From an uncultured Bacteroidota bacterium (lineage in GTDB: Bacteria > Bacteroidota > Bacteroidia > Flavobacteriales > Flavobacteriaceae), in assembly GCA_902510475.1 (NCBI GenBank), contig CABXCC010000001.1, forward strand, positions 18,954 through 82,953: a stretch of DNA of 64,000 bases, read 5' to 3'. Numbering within the stretch: position 1 is the first letter of the stretch; every line of letters begins with the position of its first letter. Below are positions 1 through 8,574 of this stretch, in pieces. Made by a program: the position numbers and the translations under genes. The notes beneath the pieces were generated by a model. The model had not been told where the DNA came from, made no database searches, and saw only the letters and a list, made by a program, of their open reading frames with translations.

Positions 1-570
1 CCTTACAGTTTCTTAGTCTATCAGCAAGTTTATGATAATTCTGGAACTCCAATTGAGGGTGTATATGTAGATAGAAATAACGATAATATAATCAATGATG
101 ATGACAGATACATAAAGGAAGATCCTTTTGCTGACATTATCATGGGTCTTACTAATTCTGTAAGATATAAATCCTGGGATTTCTCAATTACCGCAAGAGC
201 TAGTATCGGGAATTACGCTTACAATAACTTGGCTTCAAATGCAGTATTTAATGCTGCTGCTAGTGTAAATAATATTTTGAATAATATTCATTCAGACTAC
301 TTAAACACTGGGTTTATTGATTTTACTGAAAATTCACTTTTAAGTGATCATTACATTCAAGAAGCTTCGTTTGTAAAAATTGACAATATTTCAATTGGTT
401 ATAACCTTTTTACAAAAAATGGTTGTAAAGTAAGAGTCTTTGGATCATTGCAAAATGTAGCAACATTTACAGATTATCAAGGTATTGATCCTGAAATTTA
501 TGGTGGTATTGATAATAATTTTTACCCAAGGCCTCAAACAGGTGTATTTGGTGTAACATTTGAATTTTAA
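1..570 (+). CDS. susC: SusC/RagA-type TonB-dependent outer-membrane transporter, C-terminal end (5' part lies upstream of the window)
   Basis: Frame 1 is open from base 1 to the stop at 568-570, so the listed ORF 142..570 is only the part after an internal Met. The translation ends ...GVFGVTFEF, a terminal aromatic residue typical of TonB-dependent barrels. A SusD gene follows 11 nt downstream. Confidence 0.85.
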   Translation, partial: PYSFLVYQQVYDNSGTPIEGVYVDRNNDNIINDDDRYIKEDPFADIIMGLTNSVRYKSWDFSITARASIGNYAYNNLASNAVFNAAASVNNILNNIHSDYLNTGFIDFTENSLLSDHYIQEASFVKIDNISIGYNLFTKNGCKVRVFGSLQNVATFTDYQGIDPEIYGGIDNNFYPRPQTGVFGVTFEF

Positions 571-581
571 AATAAAATAAG

Positions 582-2459
582 ATGAAAAATATATTTAAAA
601 GTTTTATATACATAATCAGTTTTTCTTTCGTTCTTTCATGTCATGACGACCTGAATCAATCTCCGATAGATCCTGATAGTTTTACCGAAGAGAATGTTTT
701 TGCAACAGTTGATGACGCAAAGGGAGCTTTGGCAAAATTATATGCTAGTTTGGCTTTAACAGGTCAGACAGGTCCTGCAGGAAATGCTGATATTGCAGAT
801 ATTGATGAGGGATTCTCTCAATTTTCAAGAATGTTGTTTAACCTCAATGAGATAACTACAGACCATGCAGTTGTTGGATGGGGTGATCCTGGATTGCCTG
901 ACCTTCATGGTATGTATTGGTCTAGCAGTAACGACTTTACTGAAGCTATGTATTACAGATTAGCACAGGAAGTTAGTTTTTGTAATTCATTCATAAGCAA
1001 TGTTCAAGATTTAAGTGGAGAAGAAGTTTCATTGTTTATAGCTGAGGCTCGATTTTTAAGAGCATATGCTTACTATAATTTAATGGATTTATATGGAAAC
1101 GTTCCTTTAACTACAGAGATTTCTACTGAGCTTCCAACCCAGAGTAATAGGGTTGAGTTATTTGCTTTCATTGAAAGTGAATTATTGGATATTTCTACTG
1201 TGTTGCCTGCTTCCAACGAATATGGTAGAGTAAATATTACCGCTGCGCAAGCGCTTTTATCCAGGCTATACTTAAATTCTGAAATATGGACAGGGGAGCC
1301 AAGATATAATGAATGTGTTGAGTACTCACAATATGTGATGAATTCAGGCTATTCTTTAAACACAAATGATGCAAACGGAAATGGAACCGCATATGATGAA
1401 TTGTTTTTAGCAGATAATGACGTAAACGGTGCTCAAAATGAGTTTATTTTTACGCTAAATTTTGACGGAATGCAATCCCAAACTTATGGAGGTACTACCT
1501 TTTTAGTTCACGCAGCAATTGGAGGATCAATGAATCCTGGAGAATTCGGAGTTAATGGAGGCTGGGGAGGTTTAAGAACAACTAAAAATTTGGTGAATAA
1601 ATTTTCAGTTGACATTGATGCTCTTAATTCTTCTTTAGGTAATATGTCTGACTGGGGATTAGTTGGAAATGCTACACCAAATGGATGGGACGGTCCAGAT
1701 TTAGAAATGTATCAGGTTGGAGCACAAGAGTTTGCGGTTTATGCAGAACTGGCTTCTGGTGAAATTAAATTTAGATTTAATGAAGATTGGGGGGTAAATT
1801 TTGGAGACAACGATGCGGATGGAACTCTTGAATCAGGAGGTGCCAATATTGCTGTTTCTGCAGGTACATATTACATTGAAATGGATTTATCTAACGAAAC
1901 ATATTCTATAAGTACTTTTACAAGTGATAGAAGAGGAATGTTTTATGCAAACGGTCAAAATTTAGAAATTGAATCAATTCCTCCTTTTGAAGATGGATAT
2001 GCTGTAACAAAATGGACTAATATTGATTCAAACGGAAATCAAGGAAGTGATAGTTCAGGTAATTTTGTTGATACAGATATTCCACTAATCAGACTTGCTG
2101 AAATTTATTTAAATTATGCTGAGGCTACAATCAGAGGAGGATCAGGTGATATTGGTACCGCAGTTTCTTTAGTAAATGAAATCAGAGAAAGAGCTTATGG
2201 AAATACTTCAGGAAATATTTCGAGTGGTGATTTAACCTTAGATTTTATTTTAGACGAAAGATCAAGAGAACTATACTGGGAAGGTTTGAGAAGAACAGAC
2301 CTTGTTAGATTTAATAAATTCACTAATTCTTCGTATTTGTGGCCATTTAAAGGGAATGAACAAACAGGAGTGGGTGTAGATGAATACAGAAATATATTTC
2401 CTTTACCTGCAAACGTTGTTTCAATCAACTCAAATTTAACCCAAAATGAAGGATATTAA
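582..2459 (+). CDS. susD: SusD/RagB-family nutrient-binding outer-membrane lipoprotein with an embedded SusE/F-type beta-sandwich module
   Basis: Lipoprotein signal (…SFVLSC). SusD hallmarks are AEARFLRAYAYYNLMDLYGNVPL, IPLIRLAEIYLNYAEA, ERSRELYWEGLRRTDLVRFNKF and the IFPLPANVV… C-terminus. It sits directly after SusC. Residues ~357-445 are an extra module (see the repeat feature). Confidence 0.9.
   Translation: MKNIFKSFIYIISFSFVLSCHDDLNQSPIDPDSFTEENVFATVDDAKGALAKLYASLALTGQTGPAGNADIADIDEGFSQFSRMLFNLNEITTDHAVVGWGDPGLPDLHGMYWSSSNDFTEAMYYRLAQEVSFCNSFISNVQDLSGEEVSLFIAEARFLRAYAYYNLMDLYGNVPLTTEISTELPTQSNRVELFAFIESELLDISTVLPASNEYGRVNITAAQALLSRLYLNSEIWTGEPRYNECVEYSQYVMNSGYSLNTNDANGNGTAYDELFLADNDVNGAQNEFIFTLNFDGMQSQTYGGTTFLVHAAIGGSMNPGEFGVNGGWGGLRTTKNLVNKFSVDIDALNSSLGNMSDWGLVGNATPNGWDGPDLEMYQVGAQEFAVYAELASGEIKFRFNEDWGVNFGDNDADGTLESGGANIAVSAGTYYIEMDLSNETYSISTFTSDRRGMFYANGQNLEIESIPPFEDGYAVTKWTNIDSNGNQGSDSSGNFVDTDIPLIRLAEIYLNYAEATIRGGSGDIGTAVSLVNEIRERAYGNTSGNISSGDLTLDFILDERSRELYWEGLRRTDLVRFNKFTNSSYLWPFKGNEQTGVGVDEYRNIFPLPANVVSINSNLTQNEGY
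1650..1920 (+). repeat. SusE/F-type (starch-binding-like) module inserted within SusD; fourth copy of the module family found in the next gene
   Basis: DWGLVGNATPNGWDGPD…GEIKFRFNEDWGVNFGDNDADGTLESGGANIAVSAGTYYIEMDLSNETYSI aligns by eye with modules at 2938, 3220 and 3493. Identity to module 1 is roughly 60% over the last ~50 aa. Confidence 0.8.
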
Positions 2460-2469
2460 AATTTACAAT

Positions 2470-3786
2470 ATGAAAAAACTAATATTAAAATTAACATATG
2501 TTACTACCTTATTCATGTTTATTCAATCATGTGATGACGTAGAAAGAGTTTTCTATAATGATGCGGCAGAAACAGTTTTATCACTTTCTGATGATAATTT
2601 AACTTTATCTGATGATAACGGTGCGAATGAAATATTAACACTTACGTGGAGTGATCCTGATTACGGCTTTGATGCAGCAGCTTTATACTCTGTCCAAATC
2701 GATGTACAAGGAGGTGATTTTTCTACTCCTCAAATTATTTCTGTAGGTAGTTCTTTGGAAAAAACATTCACAGTTGAAGAATTAAATGCAAAATTATTAT
2801 CGCTTTCAATGATACCTGGTGAAGAAGGTGTTGCTATTTTTAGAATTAAAGCTACTTTAAGTGAGTATCAAGAAATATTTTCTAATACAGTTAACTTAAA
2901 TGTTACTCCTTACTCTTCCCTTTTAGATCTTACAACCAATTTAGGGGTAGTTGGTTCTGCTACACCTGGTGGATGGGGTAATGAAAATATTCCAGATCTA
3001 CAATTTTATACAACTTCAATGACGGATGTTTATGTAGCATATGTAACTCTAAGAGATGGTGAAATTAAATTTAGAAATAATAATGATTGGGCAGAAAATT
3101 GGGGTGATGATGGAAACGACGGAACATTAGATTCATACGGAGCTAATATTGCGGTTTCAGCTGGAACCTATAAAATTGAAGTTAATTTCAGTAGTATGAC
3201 CTATACAATGGAAGCATATTCTTGGGGATTGGTTGGTAGTGCAACTCCAAATCAATGGAATGGTCCAGACCTAATGTTACACTATAATTCTTACCAAGAT
3301 GATTGGAGAGCTGTGGTAACCCTTGGTGAAGGTGAAGTTAAATTTAGGTTTAACAACGATTGGGGTTTAAACTATGGTGATGACGGTGCAGATGGTTCGA
3401 TGGAAGCTAACGGTGCTAATATCTCGGTATCATCAGGCCATTATTTAGTTTCAATGAATTTAAATACTCAATCATACACAATGGAAGAAATTGATGTATG
3501 GGGTCTTGTTGGAAGTGCAACTGCAAATGGTTGGGACGGTCCAAATGATAAGTTTATACCAGACTTTGGTATCATGGAAGGTTATTATTATTTATTAGGG
3601 GCTGAGCTTGTAGATGGTGAAATAAAGGTGAGACAAAATGATGCTTGGGGTTTAAATTACGGAGACGATGGTAATGATGGTTTGATGGAAGTAAACGGGG
3701 CGAATATCCCTGTATCAGCAGGAACATATAATATTATTTTAAATATGGCTGCAAATCCACCGACAATTGAAATGTATCAGTGGTAA
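2470..3786 (+). CDS. SusE/SusF-like surface lipoprotein with three tandem carbohydrate-binding-type modules
   Basis: The start is chosen at the second Met (MKKLILKLTYVTTLFMFIQSC, lipobox Cys); the ORF track starts at 2446, overlapping susD. An N-terminal SusE-like segment (LTLTWSDPDYGFD…YSVQID) is followed by three ~92-aa repeats. It occupies the third position of a SusC/D locus. Confidence 0.85.
   Translation: MKKLILKLTYVTTLFMFIQSCDDVERVFYNDAAETVLSLSDDNLTLSDDNGANEILTLTWSDPDYGFDAAALYSVQIDVQGGDFSTPQIISVGSSLEKTFTVEELNAKLLSLSMIPGEEGVAIFRIKATLSEYQEIFSNTVNLNVTPYSSLLDLTTNLGVVGSATPGGWGNENIPDLQFYTTSMTDVYVAYVTLRDGEIKFRNNNDWAENWGDDGNDGTLDSYGANIAVSAGTYKIEVNFSSMTYTMEAYSWGLVGSATPNQWNGPDLMLHYNSYQDDWRAVVTLGEGEVKFRFNNDWGLNYGDDGADGSMEANGANISVSSGHYLVSMNLNTQSYTMEEIDVWGLVGSATANGWDGPNDKFIPDFGIMEGYYYLLGAELVDGEIKVRQNDAWGLNYGDDGNDGLMEVNGANIPVSAGTYNIILNMAANPPTIEMYQW
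2938..3216 (+). repeat. SusE/F-type module, copy 1
   Basis: NLGVVGSATPGGWG…GEIKFRNNNDWAENWGDDGNDGTLDSYGANIAVSAGTYKIEVNFSSMTYTME. Confidence 0.8.
3220..3492 (+). repeat. SusE/F-type module, copy 2
   Basis: SWGLVGSATPNQWNGPD…GEVKFRFNNDWGLNYGDDGADGSMEANGANISVSSGHYLVSMNLNTQSYTMEE. Confidence 0.8.
3493..3783 (+). repeat. SusE/F-type module, copy 3
   Basis: DVWGLVGSATANGWDGPN…GEIKVRQNDAWGLNYGDDGNDGLMEVNGANIPVSAGTYNIILNMAANPPTIEMYQW. Confidence 0.8.
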
Positions 3787-3810
3787 TTTAAACGATTAAA
3801 TTTTTTGAAA

Positions 3811-3847
3811 AAACCTACAGTTATAATATTAAATTGTAGGTTTTTTT
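3811..3847 (+). terminator. Putative intrinsic terminator/attenuating hairpin between the SusE/F-like gene and the amylase gene
   Basis: AACCTACA (3812-3819) pairs with TGTAGGTT (3835-3842) and is followed by a T7 run (3841-3847). The loop is rather large, about 15 nt. Confidence 0.55.
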
Positions 3848-3862
3848 AATTTATATTACACT

Positions 3863-6709
3863 ATGAAAAAAATCCTATTTTTCTTTTTATTTCTAATTAC
3901 AAATTTTGTACTTGCTCAATTAACTACAAACCCTAGTCCTTTTGAAGTAAATCAATCAGTAACAATAACCATTGATGCAAATAGCAACCAAACAGATTGT
4001 AATGGTTTTAATAATCCTAATAAGGTTTATATGCATTCTGGAATCGGAAACGAGGCAGAACCTTGGGGTTTTTCTGTTGTAGGAAATTGGGGGCAAGATG
4101 ATGGAGTAGGTGAAATGAATAATAATGGAGATGGTACGTGGAGTATAACTATTGTTCCTTCCGATTACTACAATCTTACAAATACCCAAATTTCAAATGT
4201 AACCAATATGGGATTAGTATTCAGAAATGAAAATGGTTCACAAGAATTTAAGGATTATGGTTGTTCAGATTTTTTTATTCAAGTGGGCTCATTCCAAGTT
4301 GATATGATAAATCCTGACAATTCAGGGTTATTAATTGTAGACTCTGGGGATAGTGTTGAGATTATTGCTGTAAATTCCGGTGGGAATGCCAATTATCAGC
4401 TTTATTCTAATGATAATTTAGTAGACACACAAAATAATACAAGTGAATATGAAGGTTTTATTTTTGATAATATCCTAGAAAATAAGTATTGTAAATTGGT
4501 AGTAACGCAAGGTTCTTCACAAATAATAAAGTTTTTTTCAATTTTGGTTAATTCAATCGAAAATGAATCCATTCCTTCAAATGTTGAGGATGGAATAAAT
4601 TATATATCCGATAATTCTGTTGTGCTAGTTCTGGATGCCCCATACAAGGATTTTGTATATGTTTCTGGAAGTTTTAATGATTGGGAGCCTGATGAGTCTT
4701 ATCTCATGAAAAAAGATCCAAATTCAAGTAAATTTTGGTTGATAGTTGATAATTTAGATTCAGATATTGATTACACCTATCAATATTGGGTTGTTGATGT
4801 AGACCCTTTAGAAAATTCACCTGAGTTAGTTAAAACAGCTGATCCTTACTCTCATATAGTTCTATCTCCATTTGATGATCCTTGGATTCCGGAAAATTCT
4901 TATCCAAACCTACCGACATATCCAGATGGACAGGAAAGAGAAGTCACCCTGTTTAATCTTTCCGCTAGTGATTATAATTGGCAGGTTGAAAATTTCCAAA
5001 AACCCAAAAAAGAAGATTTAATTATTTACGAAGTTTTAATTAGAGATTTTGATTCAGAGAGAACCTTTCAGAATCTGATAGATAAAATAGATTATTTTAA
5101 AAATTTAAATATAAATGCCATTGAGTTGATGCCAGTAATGGAATTCGAAGGAAATGAAAGCTGGGGATATAATACTGCTTTTCATATGGCTGTGGATAAG
5201 TATTATGGTCCTGAAAATAAGTTAAAAGAATTTATCGATCTATGTCATCAGAATGAAATTGCCGTGATTTTAGATCTAGTTATGAATCATGTAATGGGTA
5301 GAAGTCCAATGAATAGAATGTGGATGCAAGATCCTGATAATGATGGTTGGGGACCAGCTAGTACAGAAAGTCCATACTTTAATTTACAGGCAACTCATAG
5401 TTACAGTCTAGGGAATGATTTTAATCATCAAAGTACATACACCCAATATTACACAGAAAGAGTTATAAAAAGATGGATTGACGATTTTAAAATTGATGGA
5501 ATCAGATGGGATTTAACAAAAGGATTTACTCAAAACTGTAGTGGAAATGATTTTGACTGTACTAACAGTTATCAGCAAGATAGGGTAGATGTTTTGAAAA
5601 ATTATGCCGACTATTCTTGGAGTTTAGATTCAGACCATTATGTGATTTTTGAACATTTAGGTGGGAGTAGTGAAGAGCAACAATGGGCAAATTACAGAGT
5701 AAATGAAGGCAAAGGAATTATGCTTTGGGGAAAAACTAGTAATTCTTATTATCAATTAGCGATGGGTTATGCAGCTGACAGCAACATAAGCGGAATAGGT
5801 CATGAAAGCAGAGGTTTTTCTGAAAAAAGACTTGTAGGGTACTTTGAGAGCCATGATGAAGAGAGGATAATATATAAAGCATTACAATACGGAAATAGTT
5901 GGGACGGATATAATATTCAAGATTTAAATACTTCTTTATCAAGAATGTCTGCAATTGGAGCTATAAGTCTTACGATTCCTGGTCCTAAAATGATATGGCA
6001 TTTTTCTGATTTGGGAATGGATAATTCTTTGTTCACATGTTATGATGGCAGTGTGTATGAGCCCGATTGTAAATTAGATACTAAACCTCAACCTCAATGG
6101 GTTGAAAATTGGTTATCAATCCAATACAGAAATCAAATTTATTCAGATTGGTCTAAGATAATTAGTCTAAAAATTAACGAAGACGTCTTTGAAGGAAATT
6201 ATAGTATTAGCTCAGGAGGATTAACGCCTATAATATACATATGGGATGATAATATTTCCTCTTCTGAACTAAAAAATATTGTTATTGTTGCAAATTTAGA
6301 TGTTGTTGCAAATTTGGTTATTCCTTCTTTTCCATATACAGGAACTTGGTATGATTTAATGGATGAAAATGCTGAGGAATCAATTACAATATCTTCAACA
6401 ACAGATCCAATTTCACTTGCTCCAGGTGAGTTTAAGATTTATGGTAATCAGGCTTCAACAACATTGTCAACTGCGAATCTAATTAATGATGATTTGCTGA
6501 TTTATCCGAACCCAGCCTATGATTATTTTGTCCCAAACAAAGATGTCGAGCTTATTGAAATATTTGATATTTCAGGAAAACTTGTCAGATCTTTTAAAAA
6601 TATTTCTGCAAATCAACTTGTAAATATAGAATCATTGGAAATTGGCTATTATTTTCTAAAATTAAAAGTATCCGATTACACATATAATAAGAAGCTAGTA
6701 AAAAGATAA
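3863..6709 (+). CDS. GH13 alpha-amylase-family enzyme with N-terminal accessory/CBM48-like domains and a T9SS C-terminal sorting domain
   Basis: All four GH13 conserved regions are present: DLVMNH, DGIRWDLTKG, VIFEHLGG and YFESHDEER. There is an E-set/CBM48-like stretch (VLVLDAPYKDFVYVSGSFNDWEP). The signal peptide is Sec type (MKKILFFFLFLITNFVLAQ, no lipobox). The last ~80 aa (LLIYPNPAYDYF…IEIFDISGKLV…GYYFLKLKV) match the Por secretion tail pattern. Confidence 0.9.
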   Translation: MKKILFFFLFLITNFVLAQLTTNPSPFEVNQSVTITIDANSNQTDCNGFNNPNKVYMHSGIGNEAEPWGFSVVGNWGQDDGVGEMNNNGDGTWSITIVPSDYYNLTNTQISNVTNMGLVFRNENGSQEFKDYGCSDFFIQVGSFQVDMINPDNSGLLIVDSGDSVEIIAVNSGGNANYQLYSNDNLVDTQNNTSEYEGFIFDNILENKYCKLVVTQGSSQIIKFFSILVNSIENESIPSNVEDGINYISDNSVVLVLDAPYKDFVYVSGSFNDWEPDESYLMKKDPNSSKFWLIVDNLDSDIDYTYQYWVVDVDPLENSPELVKTADPYSHIVLSPFDDPWIPENSYPNLPTYPDGQEREVTLFNLSASDYNWQVENFQKPKKEDLIIYEVLIRDFDSERTFQNLIDKIDYFKNLNINAIELMPVMEFEGNESWGYNTAFHMAVDKYYGPENKLKEFIDLCHQNEIAVILDLVMNHVMGRSPMNRMWMQDPDNDGWGPASTESPYFNLQATHSYSLGNDFNHQSTYTQYYTERVIKRWIDDFKIDGIRWDLTKGFTQNCSGNDFDCTNSYQQDRVDVLKNYADYSWSLDSDHYVIFEHLGGSSEEQQWANYRVNEGKGIMLWGKTSNSYYQLAMGYAADSNISGIGHESRGFSEKRLVGYFESHDEERIIYKALQYGNSWDGYNIQDLNTSLSRMSAIGAISLTIPGPKMIWHFSDLGMDNSLFTCYDGSVYEPDCKLDTKPQPQWVENWLSIQYRNQIYSDWSKIISLKINEDVFEGNYSISSGGLTPIIYIWDDNISSSELKNIVIVANLDVVANLVIPSFPYTGTWYDLMDENAEESITISSTTDPISLAPGEFKIYGNQASTTLSTANLINDDLLIYPNPAYDYFVPNKDVELIEIFDISGKLVRSFKNISANQLVNIESLEIGYYFLKLKVSDYTYNKKLVKR

Positions 6710-6712
6710 TTT

Positions 6713-6812
6713 TTAGTCACACCACCATGGGTCTGTTGGAGAAGAAGAAGCCTGAGCCTTTTTTAGGGTTTAAAATCGAAATTGTTCCAATAACAGTTAA
6801 TGCAGCATATTT
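6713..6812 (-). pseudogene. Degraded second copy of the 48-codon ORF at 13796..13942 (no start codon, +1 nt in an A-run)
   Basis: The reverse-strand sequence AAATATGCTGCATTAACTGTTATTGGAACAATTTCGATTTTAAACCCTAAAAAAGGCTCAGGCT… aligns with 13796..13891. Differences are mostly at third codon positions. A6 replaces AAGAA, which shifts the frame. An upstream in-frame TAG and the absence of an ATG leave no start. If the frame is repaired, the tail reads AQASSSPTDPWWCD*. Confidence 0.6.
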
Positions 6813-6823
6813 ATAAAATCTTA

Positions 6824-8506
6824 TTAATTGTCGATAACTAATTTTAAGTCCCTAGAGTACACATAATAGTCTTTATCAATTTTAATAAAAAGATTTTTAA
6901 TTTTCATTTTCTTGAATTCTGTTGAGGGGTATAATATACGATTTTTACCGTCGATTTTCACATCAACAGGCATATCAAAATCATCAATCACATTATTCCA
7001 TCTGTAGCTTAATTCTCCGTTATCAATCTCATATTCAAGCATTGGGATTCTATAATCTCTTAAATATTGATCAAAGACCCTAGACAAGTCCATTCCAATA
7101 CTTTTTGAGATGTATTCTTCAATTTCTTTGGTTGTTACAGTTGCGTGATAGAATTCTTCGTTTAATCCTCGAAGAGTTTGTCTCCAAAGCTCATCATTGT
7201 TGGTAAGTTGACGAATTGTATGAAGTAAATTTGCTCCTTTTGAGTACATGTCACCAGAACCTTCCCTGTTAACATCATATTGTCCGATAATTGGTTTCTT
7301 ATTTGAAATACCACTTCTTGTTCCAATTACATATTCGGATGAAGCTTCTTTTCCAAAGAAATAATCAACGTATAGATTCTCAGAATAACAAGTAAATCCT
7401 TCATGAACCCACATGTCTGCAACGTCTTTGTAGGTTATATTATTAGCAAACCATTCGTGACCACCTTCATGAATAATAATGTAATCAAACTTTAAACCCC
7501 AACCAGACCCTGAAAGATCCCTGCCCAAGTATCCATTTTCATATTTATTTCCGTATGTGATAGAACTTTGGTGCTCCATTCCCAAATAAGGAACTTCAAC
7601 CATTTTAAAACTATCTTCATAGAAAGGGTAAGGGCCAAACCAATGTTCAAAAGCTTCAATCATCATAGGAACTTGTTTGAATTGCTCTTTGGCTTTTTCA
7701 ATATTATAGCTCAAAACATAATTATCTATATCCAAGTCTCCTTTTTCACCCTTATAAACCTCTGAAAAATTTACATAATCTCCAATATTTATATTTACCC
7801 CATAGTTATTTATTGGATTGCTAACAAACCATTCAAATGTCCTTGTATCATCTTTTAGTTCAGTTATTTTTCGTAATCTTCCGTTAGATACATTTGTTAA
7901 GTGTTTTGGAATATTTACGCTAATTAGCATAGAGTCTACCTCATCATACATATGATCTTTATTAGGCCACCAAACACTAGCCCCTAAACCTTGGCAGGAT
8001 GTGGCAATAAAATGATTATCATTTTGATCTTTTTTCCATGATAAACCACCGTCCCAAGGGGCTCTAATAGCTTCTTTTGGAAATCCTTCGTAATTAATTT
8101 TGATGTAATTTATATCTCCTTTTTTTTGTTTTTTTATAAGTTCAATGAAGTATGCATTACCCTCCCTAGTATATTTCAGTTCTTTATTCTTACTAGTTAT
8201 AGATGTAATATTCATTGGTTTTTGAAGATCAATTTGCATTACTTTATTCGATTCTAATACTTTATAGCCAACTGTATTATATCCACTTATATATTTTTTA
8301 TCAGGCTCTACTTTAATATCTAAATGATAATATATAAGATCCCACCATGCTCTTTCAGCTGTGATACTTCCTCTCAAAGTGTCCTGCCTAGAAGTGGGTA
8401 GTTTATCGTCAAAAATTCCTTGCGCGTAAGTTTGATTTAGTGCTATAAATAGTAAAATTATTAATCTTTCCTTCATACAAATAACTTTGATTAAACTTTT
8501 TTTCAA
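6824..8506 (-). CDS. M1-family zinc aminopeptidase (secreted)
   Basis: Contains HEGGHEWF (HExxH) with a downstream WVHEGFTCY glutamate, plus the GAMEN-like exopeptidase motif LGMEHQS. An N-terminal signal peptide is present. The alternative start at Met11 (8476) is equally plausible. Confidence 0.85.
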   Translation of the reverse strand: MKKSLIKVICMKERLIILLFIALNQTYAQGIFDDKLPTSRQDTLRGSITAERAWWDLIYYHLDIKVEPDKKYISGYNTVGYKVLESNKVMQIDLQKPMNITSITSKNKELKYTREGNAYFIELIKKQKKGDINYIKINYEGFPKEAIRAPWDGGLSWKKDQNDNHFIATSCQGLGASVWWPNKDHMYDEVDSMLISVNIPKHLTNVSNGRLRKITELKDDTRTFEWFVSNPINNYGVNINIGDYVNFSEVYKGEKGDLDIDNYVLSYNIEKAKEQFKQVPMMIEAFEHWFGPYPFYEDSFKMVEVPYLGMEHQSSITYGNKYENGYLGRDLSGSGWGLKFDYIIIHEGGHEWFANNITYKDVADMWVHEGFTCYSENLYVDYFFGKEASSEYVIGTRSGISNKKPIIGQYDVNREGSGDMYSKGANLLHTIRQLTNNDELWRQTLRGLNEEFYHATVTTKEIEEYISKSIGMDLSRVFDQYLRDYRIPMLEYEIDNGELSYRWNNVIDDFDMPVDVKIDGKNRILYPSTEFKKMKIKNLFIKIDKDYYVYSRDLKLVIDN

Positions 8507-8574
8507 TTTAACGATTACCTACGGAATAATTAAAAAAATAGCTTCCATTTTGATCCTCTAATCAATATTTTTTC

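Noticed and set aside
2195-2428. A set of 60-110-aa ORFs from the track that lie antisense to, or out of frame within, long well-supported genes. The other members are 3956..4189, 5736..5954, 7568..7765, 10288..10473, 10597..10836, 11757..12002, 11973..12185, 14943..15224, 16798..17007, 17356..17550, 19148..19345, 20770..21093, 23146..23439, 28918..29103, 30073..30267, 31927..32112, 35437..35709, 35784..35990, 43371..43595, 43856..44077, 46171..46371, 50600..50926, 53343..53543, 54130..54363, 54714..54941, 55501..55683, 58968..59201 and 62014..62202.
   Set aside because: All are fully embedded in ORFs with clear family motifs. Their translations are low-complexity or Cys/Ile/Phe-rich with no recognisable features. 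They are shadow ORFs.
2446-2469. Longer start models from the track: 2446 for the SusE/F-like gene, 60792 (TTG) for the DUF4834-like gene, 51387 for the TonB receptor, 30504 (TTG) for lpd and 43481 for the small membrane protein.
   Set aside because: In each case an internal ATG gives a canonical signal peptide, lipobox or conserved N-terminus. For 60834, a TAnnTTTG box also lies inside the longer model. The extensions add non-signal residues.
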